From assembly GCA_051117555.1 (NCBI GenBank), contig JBNPEG010000009.1:1-17393 (forward strand): a stretch of DNA of 17,393 bases, read 5' to 3'. How positions within the stretch are numbered: the first letter of the stretch is position 1; every line of letters begins with the position of its first letter. The DNA comes from Elainellaceae cyanobacterium. Its GTDB lineage: Bacteria; Cyanobacteriota; Cyanobacteriia; CAZCXK01. Positions 8,114 through 17,214 of the stretch are shown here, piece after piece. The notes under the pieces were generated by a model. The model ran no database searches. It worked only from the letters and a program-made list of their open reading frames with translations, and was not told the origin of the DNA. A program made the position numbers and the translations under genes.

Positions 8114-9850
8114 CTAAGACTGACGAGAATAATGGCTTACCCGCTGCGGCTTTCCCCATAACACGGTTTCTTTTTTATAAATTGCCATCCCTGGCTTAGC
8201 CCCTTTGGGTTTATAGACATGTTTGGGTTCGGTATACACAACCGGAGCTTGGTCGCTCTGCCGGGCTCGACTATAGAATGCAGCAACATCTGCCGTAAAC
8301 TGTAAGTCCTTCTCGTCTGGAACCATTCCTGGTTCAAGCCGTAGCAAGACGTGGCTACCTGGAATTTCTTGCGTGTGAAACCACAGGTCATAGTCGGTCG
8401 CCAACCGAAAGGTGAGTCGATCATTCTGGCGATTGTTGCGCCCGACCCAAACATCAAACCCACTGGGGCTGTGATATTTGTAAACGCGAATAGTGTCGTC
8501 CGTTGATGAACTCCGACGTTGATCGGATGGCTTTAAATAGCCTTGTTGAACAAGTTCGTCTCGAATTTCAACGAGGGCATTTAGATCCTCTACATCTTGA
8601 TAGTCATCAATTTGGGCGATCGCCGCTTCAACCTGTCGCAGATAGTCAATTTCCTCATTGACCTCCTCAAGCAACGGCACGATCGACTGGCGCGATCGCC
8701 GAAGTTTTTGATGTTTTTTATAGAAAGCCTGGGCGTTTTGAATCGCCGTTTTCTTTTGATCTAATGGAATTTCAACCGGATCACCTGTCGCAAAGTCCGG
8801 AAGATCAATACTTTTCATTCCCGGCTGCCACTCGTACGAATACGCCATCAATAAATCGGCGTGGTCTTTATACTGATCTGCTTGATCCGACTGTCGCAGA
8901 CGCGATTCAAAATCATCGGCTTTTTGCTGAAGCTTTTTCAATAGGCTGGTCAGCTTTTGCTCTAACTGATGACGAAGTTGGCCAAACTCTTGCTGATTAA
9001 GCTGATAGGTGTAGTACTGGCTCAGAATTTCTTGCACTGTTTCGACGGGTTCTACTACTCCCCATCCCATGACCGTATATCCATCCGAGCGCCAACCTGG
9101 TTTAAACTGCTGAGTTTCGAGAGCGTCTAACCAGTCGTGCCAACGCTCAAATAATCGTTGCCAGTCGGACGCGCTCAGAGAATCAGTCATCTGGTACGGG
9201 TCTAGATCTGCTGCTTCAATCATTGAAACAACCAGCGACGGGCTTAGTCCCCGATACGTTTTGAGGAGATTGCGTCTCAGATGTCCTGGAACAAGGCTGA
9301 CACGCTCTTGCCAGCGAGCCTGAGGTTCTTCCAAGCTGGGAACTGGATCGGTTAACGAAGGCGGAGGCTCATAGGGTTGCCCAGTTTGAATGGAACGCAC
9401 GCTAGATTGCTGAGCACCTACCTGATGCGCTGCGGTGACAATGATGCCGTCATGGTGAGTCAAAATCACATTGCTATATTTGCCCATGATTTCGACATAC
9501 AGATGCCAGAGCACCTGATCTCCGGGGCGACGAGCAAACTGAAGATCAAAGGCTCGCTCCCAGGGGGCAATCGGCTCAATTGCAGTTAACGCAAGCCCCC
9601 CCAACTGATGACGCAACTGCTGGCTAAAGGTAAATGTGTCGGGGATTCGGGGAGGAGGATGGTCAATACACATTCGTGCCCCCTGGGGATGCCACGAAAT
9701 GGTCAACCAGCCTCGACGCTCTAACGTGCGTAGGGCAATCGCAATCGTATGGCGATCGCGCTGATAGACGAGTTCGAGCCGAGCTGGAAGCCATTGGGCA
9801 CGAAGCTCGGCACACACCGCAACTAAAGTTGTAAAGTCAACAGTTTGCAA
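8114..9850 (-). CDS. rqcH: NFACT family protein (Rqc2/RqcH, FbpA-like ribosome quality control factor)
   Basis: N-terminal 'DFTTL', EIMGKYSNVIL, coiled coil with NAQAFYKKHQKL, and C-terminal NFACT-R domain VGRNNRQND...LWFH...PGSHV. TTG start. Confidence 0.9.
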   Translation of the reverse strand: MQTVDFTTLVAVCAELRAQWLPARLELVYQRDRHTIAIALRTLERRGWLTISWHPQGARMCIDHPPPRIPDTFTFSQQLRHQLGGLALTAIEPIAPWERAFDLQFARRPGDQVLWHLYVEIMGKYSNVILTHHDGIIVTAAHQVGAQQSSVRSIQTGQPYEPPPSLTDPVPSLEEPQARWQERVSLVPGHLRRNLLKTYRGLSPSLVVSMIEAADLDPYQMTDSLSASDWQRLFERWHDWLDALETQQFKPGWRSDGYTVMGWGVVEPVETVQEILSQYYTYQLNQQEFGQLRHQLEQKLTSLLKKLQQKADDFESRLRQSDQADQYKDHADLLMAYSYEWQPGMKSIDLPDFATGDPVEIPLDQKKTAIQNAQAFYKKHQKLRRSRQSIVPLLEEVNEEIDYLRQVEAAIAQIDDYQDVEDLNALVEIRDELVQQGYLKPSDQRRSSSTDDTIRVYKYHSPSGFDVWVGRNNRQNDRLTFRLATDYDLWFHTQEIPGSHVLLRLEPGMVPDEKDLQFTADVAAFYSRARQSDQAPVVYTEPKHVYKPKGAKPGMAIYKKETVLWGKPQRVSHYSRQS

Positions 9851-10037
9851 GACAAATGTTCATCCGTTTCAGGGATTCTACTAGGAAATTAGGAATCAAA
9901 CCGGGAAAAAGGGGCGTGAGCGGAATCTAATCTAGGGAATTTCCGTAAATTCCTGCCTTGTTGGTCAAAATTTTTGCGGATACCATGGAATATAAGACTT
10001 CCAAGGCTCCGTGTCCCGTGGAGCCGCTTTATTTATT

Positions 10038-10301
10038 ATGGATATTAAGCTGATAAACATCGGTTTTGGTAACATCGTTTCGGCAAACCGAGTCGTTGCT
10101 ATCGTCAGCCCAGAGTCTGCTCCTATTAAGCGTATCATTACTGATGCGCGTGAGAGAGGTGATCTGATTGACGCAACCTACGGTCGCCGAACTCGTGCGG
10201 TCATCATTACAGATTCTGGTCATGTGGTGTTATCTGCTATTCAGCCGGAAACAGTTGCAAACCGCTTTGTCGTTAGCAAAGACGGGCAAAGTGATGAGTA
10301 G
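10038..10301 (+). CDS. remA: DUF370 / RemA family protein
   Basis: [28 protein letters not shown]...[13 protein letters not shown]...LSAIQPET, in its conserved position upstream of gmk. ATG 10038 is preferred over GTG 10011. Confidence 0.93.
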   Translation: MDIKLINIGFGNIVSANRVVAIVSPESAPIKRIITDARERGDLIDATYGRRTRAVIITDSGHVVLSAIQPETVANRFVVSKDGQSDE

Positions 10302-10518
10302 CTGCTCTCATTTATCTAAATGACTGATATGGCCCTTAGATAGCTGTAATAGGACTTACACAAGCCCTTCAGTAGTTACCGCCATCCAAAGCCAGCAGAG
10401 AAAACTTGTGTACGCTCTATGTAGACAAATGCCAGTGTTACTAACAGACTGCTGACGATAGGCGATCGATCGACAATAATGAATATACGTTCATTCGTCA
10501 CGCGCGGCAGAGCAAGAT

Positions 10519-11082
10519 ATGGCTGTAGGAAAACTCATTGTCTTTACTGGACCCAGTGGAGTAGGAAAAGGAACATTACTGCGATCGCTGCTGCGGCGAC
10601 ATCCTGAGTTATCTCTTTCCGTCTCTGCTACGACTCGCTCTCCTCGTCCTGGGGAGATTAATGGACAAGATTACTATTTTTTGAGCCGTAGCCAGTTTTG
10701 TCAGATGATTGAGAGTGACGAACTCTTAGAATGGGCGGAGTTTGCAGGTAACCTCTATGGAACACCTCGCCAGCCTGTAGAGGAAGAGATTTCACAGGGA
10801 AAATGGGTTGTGCTGGAAATCGAACTCCAAGGCGCACGTCAAATTCGAAAGAATTTTCCCGATGCGTTTCAAATTTTTATTTTGCCCCCTTCCATTGAAG
10901 CGCTTGAACACCGACTTCGTCGCCGGGGTCATGATAGCGAAGAAGCGATTAGCCGCCGACTGCAGCGGGCATATGCGGAAATTGAGGCCGTAAATGAATT
11001 TGATGTGCAAGTCGTCAATGATGATGTTGAAAGGGCGATTGACCGCCTTGAATCTGCCCTATTTTCACTGGCAGAATGCTAA
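10519..11082 (+). CDS. gmk: Guanylate kinase
   Basis: P-loop [32 protein letters not shown] motifs. Confidence 0.97.
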   Translation: MAVGKLIVFTGPSGVGKGTLLRSLLRRHPELSLSVSATTRSPRPGEINGQDYYFLSRSQFCQMIESDELLEWAEFAGNLYGTPRQPVEEEISQGKWVVLEIELQGARQIRKNFPDAFQIFILPPSIEALEHRLRRRGHDSEEAISRRLQRAYAEIEAVNEFDVQVVNDDVERAIDRLESALFSLAEC

Positions 11083-11121
11083 GACCTCTATAATATTAGC
11101 GATTGATGTGTCTATAGGGTT

Positions 11122-12420
11122 TTGAGCTTGGCAAAGCAATCTCAAGACTATTACCAAATTTTGGGCGTTCCTCGAAGTGCCAGCTTAGCGGAGATTAAGA
11201 AGGCATATCGGCGGCTAGCTCGGCAATATCATCCAGATGTAAACCCTAGCAGCCGCACTGCCGTTGAAAAATTTCAGCGGCTTAATCAAATTTATGAAGT
11301 CTTATCCGATCCGGTTCGTCGCGCCCGGTATGACCAATCTATCAATGGCGGGGGGGTCGAAGAATCTCCTCGGGCAACAACTGCGGTAGAGTTTTATCAG
11401 CAAGGGATAGAAAAAACGCGAGCAGGCGACTATCAACGAGCGCTGGCTGACTATACTCAAGCGATCAAGCTTAACCCAAATTTGGCAGAGGTCTATGACC
11501 AGCGTGGGTTTGTTTATTATCGTCTAAAGGATTATTCTGCTGCGTTTGCCGACTATTCCCAGGCACTACATATCAATCCCAAGTTAGCATCCGTTTATTA
11601 TCACCGAGGTTTAACGCGTTTTGCGCTGGGATATTCTCAGACTGCCATCGAGGATTATACCCAAGCCATTCACCATGATCCAAATCATGCCCAAGCCTAT
11701 CACCAGCGTGGATTAGCATATGCTGACCTCAAGGAGATTCATGCGGCGATCGCAGACTTAGAACAGGCAGCTCATCATCTCTCAGAACGGGGAGATCATC
11801 CTGGCTATCAAGCCATTCGGCGAGACATTTGGGAGATTCGAGGGGCTCGTGGATCGCTACTCTCATTAGGGTTTGCTCGCTCTACAGTTGCGACTCTTCT
11901 CGATGCCATTCATACTATTCGAGCTATTGCCCCAAATCCCATGGGCGAGCTACTGCCTACATTTGCGCGGCTCAGGCCATCCCAGGCGATCGCAGTCGGG
12001 GTATGCTTTGCCGTATTCTTCGACATCTGCTTCGTTATTGGTATTTCGATCACCTGGCAAACCTACGACGATTTGGGACAATCTCCCATTATCAAACTAG
12101 CGGCGTTAGGCACATTGTCATTTATAAACTTGGCGATCGCTAGCTTGATGTTGCGCGTAATTCTGCGGGGTCGAGGAGGCATTGCTGGAGATTGCTTTAT
12201 TGCGGGCACGTCGTTATTGCCGTTAAGCCTCGTTGTATTGCTTAACGGACTGTTACCCATCCCGATATTTATTGCGTTATCCGTATTTGCAGCATGCTAT
12301 ATGATCCTCACGCTATATAGTGGCTGCAGCCAGATTTCAAATCTTTCAGAAGGGCGATCGGCATTAGCAGTCCCGATTCTCGTGCTGGCGAGTCTGTTGC
12401 CATTCTTGATGCTAAATTGA
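11122..12420 (+). CDS. J-domain + TPR repeat + C-terminal multi-TM protein
   Basis: DYYQILG...YHPD J-domain, about 4 TPRs (A..DY..AI..NP..A..Y..RG) and about 5 hydrophobic helices at the C-terminus. The TTG start is uncertain. Confidence 0.88.
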   Translation: MSLAKQSQDYYQILGVPRSASLAEIKKAYRRLARQYHPDVNPSSRTAVEKFQRLNQIYEVLSDPVRRARYDQSINGGGVEESPRATTAVEFYQQGIEKTRAGDYQRALADYTQAIKLNPNLAEVYDQRGFVYYRLKDYSAAFADYSQALHINPKLASVYYHRGLTRFALGYSQTAIEDYTQAIHHDPNHAQAYHQRGLAYADLKEIHAAIADLEQAAHHLSERGDHPGYQAIRRDIWEIRGARGSLLSLGFARSTVATLLDAIHTIRAIAPNPMGELLPTFARLRPSQAIAVGVCFAVFFDICFVIGISITWQTYDDLGQSPIIKLAALGTLSFINLAIASLMLRVILRGRGGIAGDCFIAGTSLLPLSLVVLLNGLLPIPIFIALSVFAACYMILTLYSGCSQISNLSEGRSALAVPILVLASLLPFLMLN

Positions 12421-12450
12421 CCCCATAGTGTCCTGTTCGAGATTCTGATC

Positions 12451-12924
12451 ATGACTCATCACCCCACTCAGGCAAACCAGTTTTTTCAGTTTGAGGCCGA
12501 CTTTGTCGACTCTCTGCGCTGCATTCCGATGCAGGTTCGGCTCAAGCTTGACACCTGTGGCATTAAGCTTAAGCTCCACCAGTGGAATCAGTTTACCCAG
12601 GATGAGCGCCAGCGTCTTGTTGAATCTCCCTGCAAGACCGAGGCCGAAATTCTCGCGTATCGGGCGTATTTGACGCAAATAATCCACGAAAGAACAGGCG
12701 AAGCCGCCAAAGAGCTTACGATTGACCCCACGCCTCCGTGGCAGGATGACACTCAAATACCAGAAAGCATTCGCGCCAAGGTCGACGAGTTAGGAGTCTC
12801 ATTGACCCCATCTCAATGGGCGGCATTAGATCCTCTCCAGCGATTTGCCCTGATTAAACTCAGCCGTTCTAGCCACGAAAACAGTAATTTCTTGCCTGCG
12901 ATGAAAGAATTCCATCTGGTCTAG
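12451..12924 (+). CDS. narM: Nitrate reductase-associated protein (NarM-like)
   Basis: FEADFVDSLRCIPMQVRLKLDTCGIKLKL and QW..L.PLQRFALIKLSR..HEN.NF motifs typical of the cyanobacterial Nitr_red_assoc family. Confidence 0.8.
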   Translation: MTHHPTQANQFFQFEADFVDSLRCIPMQVRLKLDTCGIKLKLHQWNQFTQDERQRLVESPCKTEAEILAYRAYLTQIIHERTGEAAKELTIDPTPPWQDDTQIPESIRAKVDELGVSLTPSQWAALDPLQRFALIKLSRSSHENSNFLPAMKEFHLV

Positions 12925-12973
12925 CCTGATCGCAGCCACGCAAATTAACCCATAAGGTTCATAAAAAATTCAC

Positions 12974-13477
12974 ATGCAGCCGCGTAAGCCAGATATAGGC
13001 TTTATTCCGACTCCCTTTGCCGCAATTGATGCGATGCTTGCATTAGCGAATGTGACCGATCATGACATTATTTACGATCTAGGTTGCGGGGATGGGCGCA
13101 TTCTAATCAGAGCGGCACGACAATTTGGTATTCGCGGCGTGGGTATCGACATCGATCCGCAACGGGTGAGAGAAGCGGAAGACCAGGCAAGACGGGCAGG
13201 CATAGGCGATCGCCTGGAGTTTCGATGTGCTGACTTATTTGAATCGGACGTGAGTGCCGCCAACGTCGTAATTCTTTATCTGCTGCCCCACTTAAATTTG
13301 AGATTGCGGCCCCGACTGTTGCGTCAGCTCAAACCAGGAAGCCGCATCGTGTCTCATGATTTTGATATGGAAAATTGGGCACCTGATCGGCTGATCAAAA
13401 TGCAGCTTGAAGATGAATTGACGCTTTATTATTGGGTCGTGCCTGAGACTCTTCCAGAGTGCTTGCGGAATGAATAG
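12974..13477 (+). CDS. Class I SAM-dependent methyltransferase
   Basis: F/Y-x-PTP motif, motif I YDLGCGDGR, GIDID, LKPGSRIVSHDF. Confidence 0.9.
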   Translation: MQPRKPDIGFIPTPFAAIDAMLALANVTDHDIIYDLGCGDGRILIRAARQFGIRGVGIDIDPQRVREAEDQARRAGIGDRLEFRCADLFESDVSAANVVILYLLPHLNLRLRPRLLRQLKPGSRIVSHDFDMENWAPDRLIKMQLEDELTLYYWVVPETLPECLRNE

Positions 13478-13487
13478 GGATTTTGAG

Positions 13488-13520
13488 GGTGAAGTTTGAA
13501 TGGTGAAGTTTGAATGGTGA
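13488..13520 (+). repeat. 14-bp tandem duplication GGTGAAGTTTGAAT x2.4 spanning the GH1 start codon
   Basis: Copies at 13488-13501 and 13502-13515, plus GGTGA. Confidence 0.8.
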
Positions 13521-14887
13521 GCTATCAGTTTCCCGACGGATTTACTTGGGGTGCGGCAACGGCTGCCTACCAAATTGAAGGGGCGATCGCCGAAGATGGT
13601 CGTAAGCCTAGCGTGTGGGATCGATTTAGCGCAATGCCTGGACGAGTGCTAAATGGTGATACGGGAGCGATCGCCTGTGACCACTATCATCGCTACGCAG
13701 AAGATAGTGCCCTCATGGCCTCCCTTGGCATTCGCCACTACCGCTTTAGTCTCTCGTGGTCGCGAATTATTCCCGATGGTCGTGGTGCGGTCAATGAGGC
13801 AGGCATCGATTTCTATAAGCGCCTAGTCGATTGCTTGCACCAGCACGGCATTACGCCTCATGCCACCCTATTTCATTGGGACAGCCCCCAAGCGCTCGAA
13901 GACCAATACGGGTCGTGGCAAAATCGCCAGATGGCCTATGACTTTGCCGAGTATGTGACGGCAGTGGTCAACCGATTGGGCGATCGCATCTCGCACTGGA
14001 TGACCATTAATGAAATTGTTTGTTTCACCCATGTTGGGTATGCGGTTAACCAAGTTCCACCCCATGCCCCAGGCACGTCGGTCAAGCGGCTCAAAGAGGT
14101 TTGGCAAACTTCTCACCATGCCCTATTAGCTCACGGGCTCGCCTGTCAGGCGATTCGCGCCGCATCGCCTCAACCCTGTTCAGTATCGCTAGTGGACAAC
14201 TTTGCGGTGCCGATTCCGATCGAGGAAACACCAGACACCATTCACGCTGCCCAGCAAGCGTTTCACACACTAGGTTCTAATGGTGGCATTATTGTTCCGG
14301 CGCTAACGGGTCATTACAGCCCCCGCCTGCTCGACCAGCTCGGTGCAGAAGCACCCGATATTCATGCTGAAGACCTTGATATCATCCACCAACCGCTAGA
14401 TAGTCTAGGATTTAACATCTATGTTGGTACGTACGTGCGCGCTGCGGCAAATGAACAGGGGTATGACATCGTTCCGTTTGCAAAGGGCTATCCACGATTG
14501 CACATGCCCTGGTTGCACATCACGCCTGATGCGCTCTATTGGGGCATTCGTCACATCAGCGAGACGCTGGGGCAGCCCGAATTACCGATTTTCATCAGTG
14601 AGAATGGATGTGCGGCTCAAGATGAGGTGAATGAGCAGGGAGACGTCATTGACAGCGATCGCATTCTTTATCTTCGAGAATATCTGCGAGCCGCGCATCG
14701 GGCAGTCAGCGAAGGCTATCCTCTGACGGGATACTTTGTTTGGAGCTTTCTAGACAACTTTGAATGGGCATGGGGCTACGATCGCCGATTCGGCATCACC
14801 TATATCGATTACCCCACCCAGCACCGAATTCCCAAGGCAAGCGCTCGTTGGTATGCCGAATGCATCCATCAAAATCGCGTCGTCTAG
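13514..14887 (+). CDS. Glycoside hydrolase family 1 beta-glucosidase
   Basis: FPDGFTWGAATAAYQIEG, DHYHRY, acid/base TINE, nucleophile ISENG, WSFLDNFEW..GY..RFG. Confidence 0.95.
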   Translation: MVSYQFPDGFTWGAATAAYQIEGAIAEDGRKPSVWDRFSAMPGRVLNGDTGAIACDHYHRYAEDSALMASLGIRHYRFSLSWSRIIPDGRGAVNEAGIDFYKRLVDCLHQHGITPHATLFHWDSPQALEDQYGSWQNRQMAYDFAEYVTAVVNRLGDRISHWMTINEIVCFTHVGYAVNQVPPHAPGTSVKRLKEVWQTSHHALLAHGLACQAIRAASPQPCSVSLVDNFAVPIPIEETPDTIHAAQQAFHTLGSNGGIIVPALTGHYSPRLLDQLGAEAPDIHAEDLDIIHQPLDSLGFNIYVGTYVRAAANEQGYDIVPFAKGYPRLHMPWLHITPDALYWGIRHISETLGQPELPIFISENGCAAQDEVNEQGDVIDSDRILYLREYLRAAHRAVSEGYPLTGYFVWSFLDNFEWAWGYDRRFGITYIDYPTQHRIPKASARWYAECIHQNRVV

Positions 14888-15999
14888 CCAATTCCGGCGA
14901 TCGCAGGATGGAAATAAAACGCCAAGCCAATGATGATGTAAGTCGCCAGCAGCAAGATCCCTTCCAGCCAATTTGAGCGCCCATCATAGCTAACCGAATT
15001 GGCAATAAACACAGCAACAACAACGCCAACCAACTCAAACGGGTTAAAGTCTAAGTCCATCGGTTGACCAATCGCCCATCCCACTAAGACGAGTATTGGC
15101 GCAACGAACAACGCGATTTGTAGGGTCGAGCCGACTGCAACACTAAACGACAAATCCATCTTATTTTTCATCGCCACCGTAACAGCAGTCGCGTGCTCAG
15201 CCGCATTGCCGATGATCGGCAACAAAATTACTCCCGTAAAGAGTCGCGTTAACCCCAGCATCTCGGTTGCTTCTTCCAGGGTTTCTACAAGCAATTCAGA
15301 TTCAATTGCGACTAGCACCGTCGCACCCAGTAGCACACCGATCCACAAAGGAAGATTAGGCTCATAGGGCTTGTGGTCTTTGTGCATTTCTGATTCGCCA
15401 GAATCATCTATTTCATGCTCTGCCGTTCCAACCTCACAGAGATAGCTATGGGTCTTCATAGAAAACAGTAACGTCAGACCATACACCAGGATCAGCACCA
15501 CCGCAACAGCAACAGACAATCCTTGAATCGTGTCTTCGCTAATGCCCTCAGAGGTATAGTTTACAGCCGTTGGCAGTAAAATCGCGATCACAGCTAGATT
15601 CATTGAAGAGGCATTGACGCGAGCCACGACTGGCTGAAACTGCTGTTCTTTAAAGCGAATGCCGCCCAAAAACATAGAGAGCCCCAGCACGAGCAGAAGA
15701 TTGCCCATGATTGACCCGGTGATACTCGCTTTCACGACGTTCACAAGACCTGCCTGCAGCGCAATCAGCGCAATAATTAACTCGGTTGCATTGCCAAATG
15801 TTGCATTGAGCAAGCCTCCCAAGGTCGGTCCCGAAACCACTGCAATTTCCTCGGTTGCAGTTCCCATCCATGCGGCTAGAGGAATAATCCCGATACCCGC
15901 CAATATAAAGATGGCAAGCGATCCCCATTCCAGGAAATGGGCCAAGAACGACATTGGCACAAAAATAAGCAATCCAATAAAAATAACGTTTTTGACCAC
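14884..15999 (-). CDS. cax: Calcium/proton exchanger (CAX family)
   Basis: Alpha repeats GLLNATFGNATE and GNAAEH, with about 11 TM helices. Start GTG 15999 is chosen because GGAG lies 7 nt upstream (ORF track gives 16005). Confidence 0.93.
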   Translation of the reverse strand: MVKNVIFIGLLIFVPMSFLAHFLEWGSLAIFILAGIGIIPLAAWMGTATEEIAVVSGPTLGGLLNATFGNATELIIALIALQAGLVNVVKASITGSIMGNLLLVLGLSMFLGGIRFKEQQFQPVVARVNASSMNLAVIAILLPTAVNYTSEGISEDTIQGLSVAVAVVLILVYGLTLLFSMKTHSYLCEVGTAEHEIDDSGESEMHKDHKPYEPNLPLWIGVLLGATVLVAIESELLVETLEEATEMLGLTRLFTGVILLPIIGNAAEHATAVTVAMKNKMDLSFSVAVGSTLQIALFVAPILVLVGWAIGQPMDLDFNPFELVGVVVAVFIANSVSYDGRSNWLEGILLLATYIIIGLAFYFHPAIAGIG

Positions 16000-16045
16000 T
16001 ATCACACTCCTGGGATGGTAAAGCTTGAGTATCCGCGCTAGCGAT

Positions 16046-16136
16046 TATAGCAATGTGCAATTGCGTCAAGTACAGAAACGGTGGTGTGGAGCGCGGCGCG
16101 CCTCACACCACCGTACTTAACCCAAGCACCGCTATA
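16046..16136. mobile_element. 91-bp MITE-like palindromic element with TATAGC...GCTATA ends
   Basis: Nested inverted repeats: TATAGC/GCTATA, GTCAAGTAC/GTACTTAAC (8/9) and ACGGTGGTGTG/CACACCACCGT (11/11) around a GC-rich core. The TA-bounded ends resemble small cyanobacterial dispersed repeats. Confidence 0.65.
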
Positions 16137-16288
16137 CGAATTAATCAAAGCAATTGAATCCTAGCAGCTAACGGCAATATTAGACCTCGCAATCCGGTCA
16201 AACTGCTAAATTTTCTTTGGTCTTGAACGTTGGGGCGACTAAAGCCTGCACAAACAAAGCGTGCATTCGCGAACTACTACTACGATAA

Positions 16289-16414
16289 GTGACCTCAGCT
16301 TCACAATTAGTGACGATACTTTGTGTGGAAGTCACGACAACGTGTTCTGTCGTAACCACAGCTTATGCAGAAGAGACAACACGATTAGCGGAGATAACCA
16401 CTCGGATTGGGGCG
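16289..16414. repeat. Second degenerate 21-bp-period array, 6 units starting GTNAC
   Basis: GTGAC 16289, GTGAC 16310, GTCAC 16331, GTAAC 16352, GAGAC 16373, ATAAC 16394, in exact 21-nt register. Ends at HIP1 16412. Confidence 0.65.
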
Positions 16415-16450
16415 ATCGCTCGACTATGACGAGATCCGCATGGGTGGGTA

Positions 16451-16524
16451 CGTAAGGGTGACGCATTTCATCAGAATCTGTGAGACATGGCCCAAATGTA
16501 TCGATGAAATGCTTCACCCCTACG
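16451..16524. repeat. REP/REPIN-like long hairpin upstream of RAYT (22-bp arms, 30-nt spacer)
   Basis: CGTAAGGGTGACGCATTTCATC and GATGAAATGCTTCACCCCTACG are 20/22 complementary. Confidence 0.88.
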
Positions 16525-16608
16525 GGTGACGGCACACACCCAATGCTGTTGGGGGCGATCGCACATAACCGGGAATTCTAACGACAGATCTGCCACCACA
16601 ATCTGTCC

Positions 16609-17214
16609 ATGAAATATAACCCTGATAGGCATCACAGGCGATCGATTCGGTTAAGCGGGTACGACTACACGTCTCCCGGAGCCTATTTCATCACAATTTG
16701 CACCCATCATCGAGAACGTCTGTTTGGCGAAATCACCAACGGCACCATGCAATTAAACCCATTAGGAGAACGAGTTCAGGCATGTTGGTTGAGTTTGCCG
16801 CGTCAATTTTCTCGATTGCGTTTAGACGAATACGTGGTGATGCCGGATCATTTTCACGGAATTTTGGTGTTGCCCGAAAAACCATGTAGGGGCGACGCAT
16901 TTGAAGATAACGTGCCGGTCAAAACCGATAGGTACCAGTCAAATGCTTCGCCCCTACGCCCGACGGATGCGAATGCGGTTGGGAATCGTGGCGATCGCCC
17001 GATAGGAACCCAATCAGGGTCGATAGGGGCAATTATTCAAAATTTCAAATCTGTTTCTACTAGGCGAATTAATCAGATTCGACACACACCAGGGATACCC
17101 GTTTGGCAACGTAGTTTTTATGACCATGTCATTCGTAATGACAAATCGATGCACCATATTCGTCATTACATTCAAACCAACCCTTCTGCATGGAAAAATC
17201 AAACATCGTTGTAG
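16609..17214 (+). CDS. REP-associated tyrosine transposase (RAYT / TnpA-REP, Y1 HUH family)
   Basis: RRSIRL.GYDY...GAYFITICT, HUH motif MPDHFHGIL, S.G.II..FKS, WQRSFYDHVIR and catalytic-Tyr region YIQTNP. Flanked by GTAG REP hairpins. Confidence 0.93.
   Translation: MKYNPDRHHRRSIRLSGYDYTSPGAYFITICTHHRERLFGEITNGTMQLNPLGERVQACWLSLPRQFSRLRLDEYVVMPDHFHGILVLPEKPCRGDAFEDNVPVKTDRYQSNASPLRPTDANAVGNRGDRPIGTQSGSIGAIIQNFKSVSTRRINQIRHTPGIPVWQRSFYDHVIRNDKSMHHIRHYIQTNPSAWKNQTSL
16886..16957. repeat. REP-like hairpin in frame inside the RAYT gene (19-bp arms, 34-nt spacer, 72 bp)
   Basis: GTAGGGGCGACGCATTTGA and TCAAATGCTTCGCCCCTAC are 18/19 complementary. Confidence 0.9.

Larger units (their letters stand above)
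159..16997. repeat. HIP1 octamer GCGATCGC dispersed through the window (about 30 copies)
   Basis: Copies at e.g. 159, 217, 246, 654, 720, 1976, 2013, 5237, 10581, 13583, 16412, 16555, 16990. HIP1 over-representation is a hallmark of many cyanobacterial genomes. Confidence 0.95.

Noticed and set aside
10302..10518. 217-bp remA-gmk intergenic region as a possible RNA gene
   Set aside because: Only a small AT-rich hairpin (AATGAA/TTCATT). No tRNA or known ncRNA signature was recognised.
1354..16069. Numerous 60-140 aa ORFs overlapping the main genes (e.g. 1580-1933, 8137-8463, 12412-12756, 15650-16069)
   Set aside because: Shadow or alternate frames of well-supported CDSs, with no motifs.
16261..16535. 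ORFs 16261-16455 (+) and 16332-16535 (-)
   Set aside because: They run across repeat and REP DNA without an RBS or domain. The heptad signal is in a different frame, reported separately.
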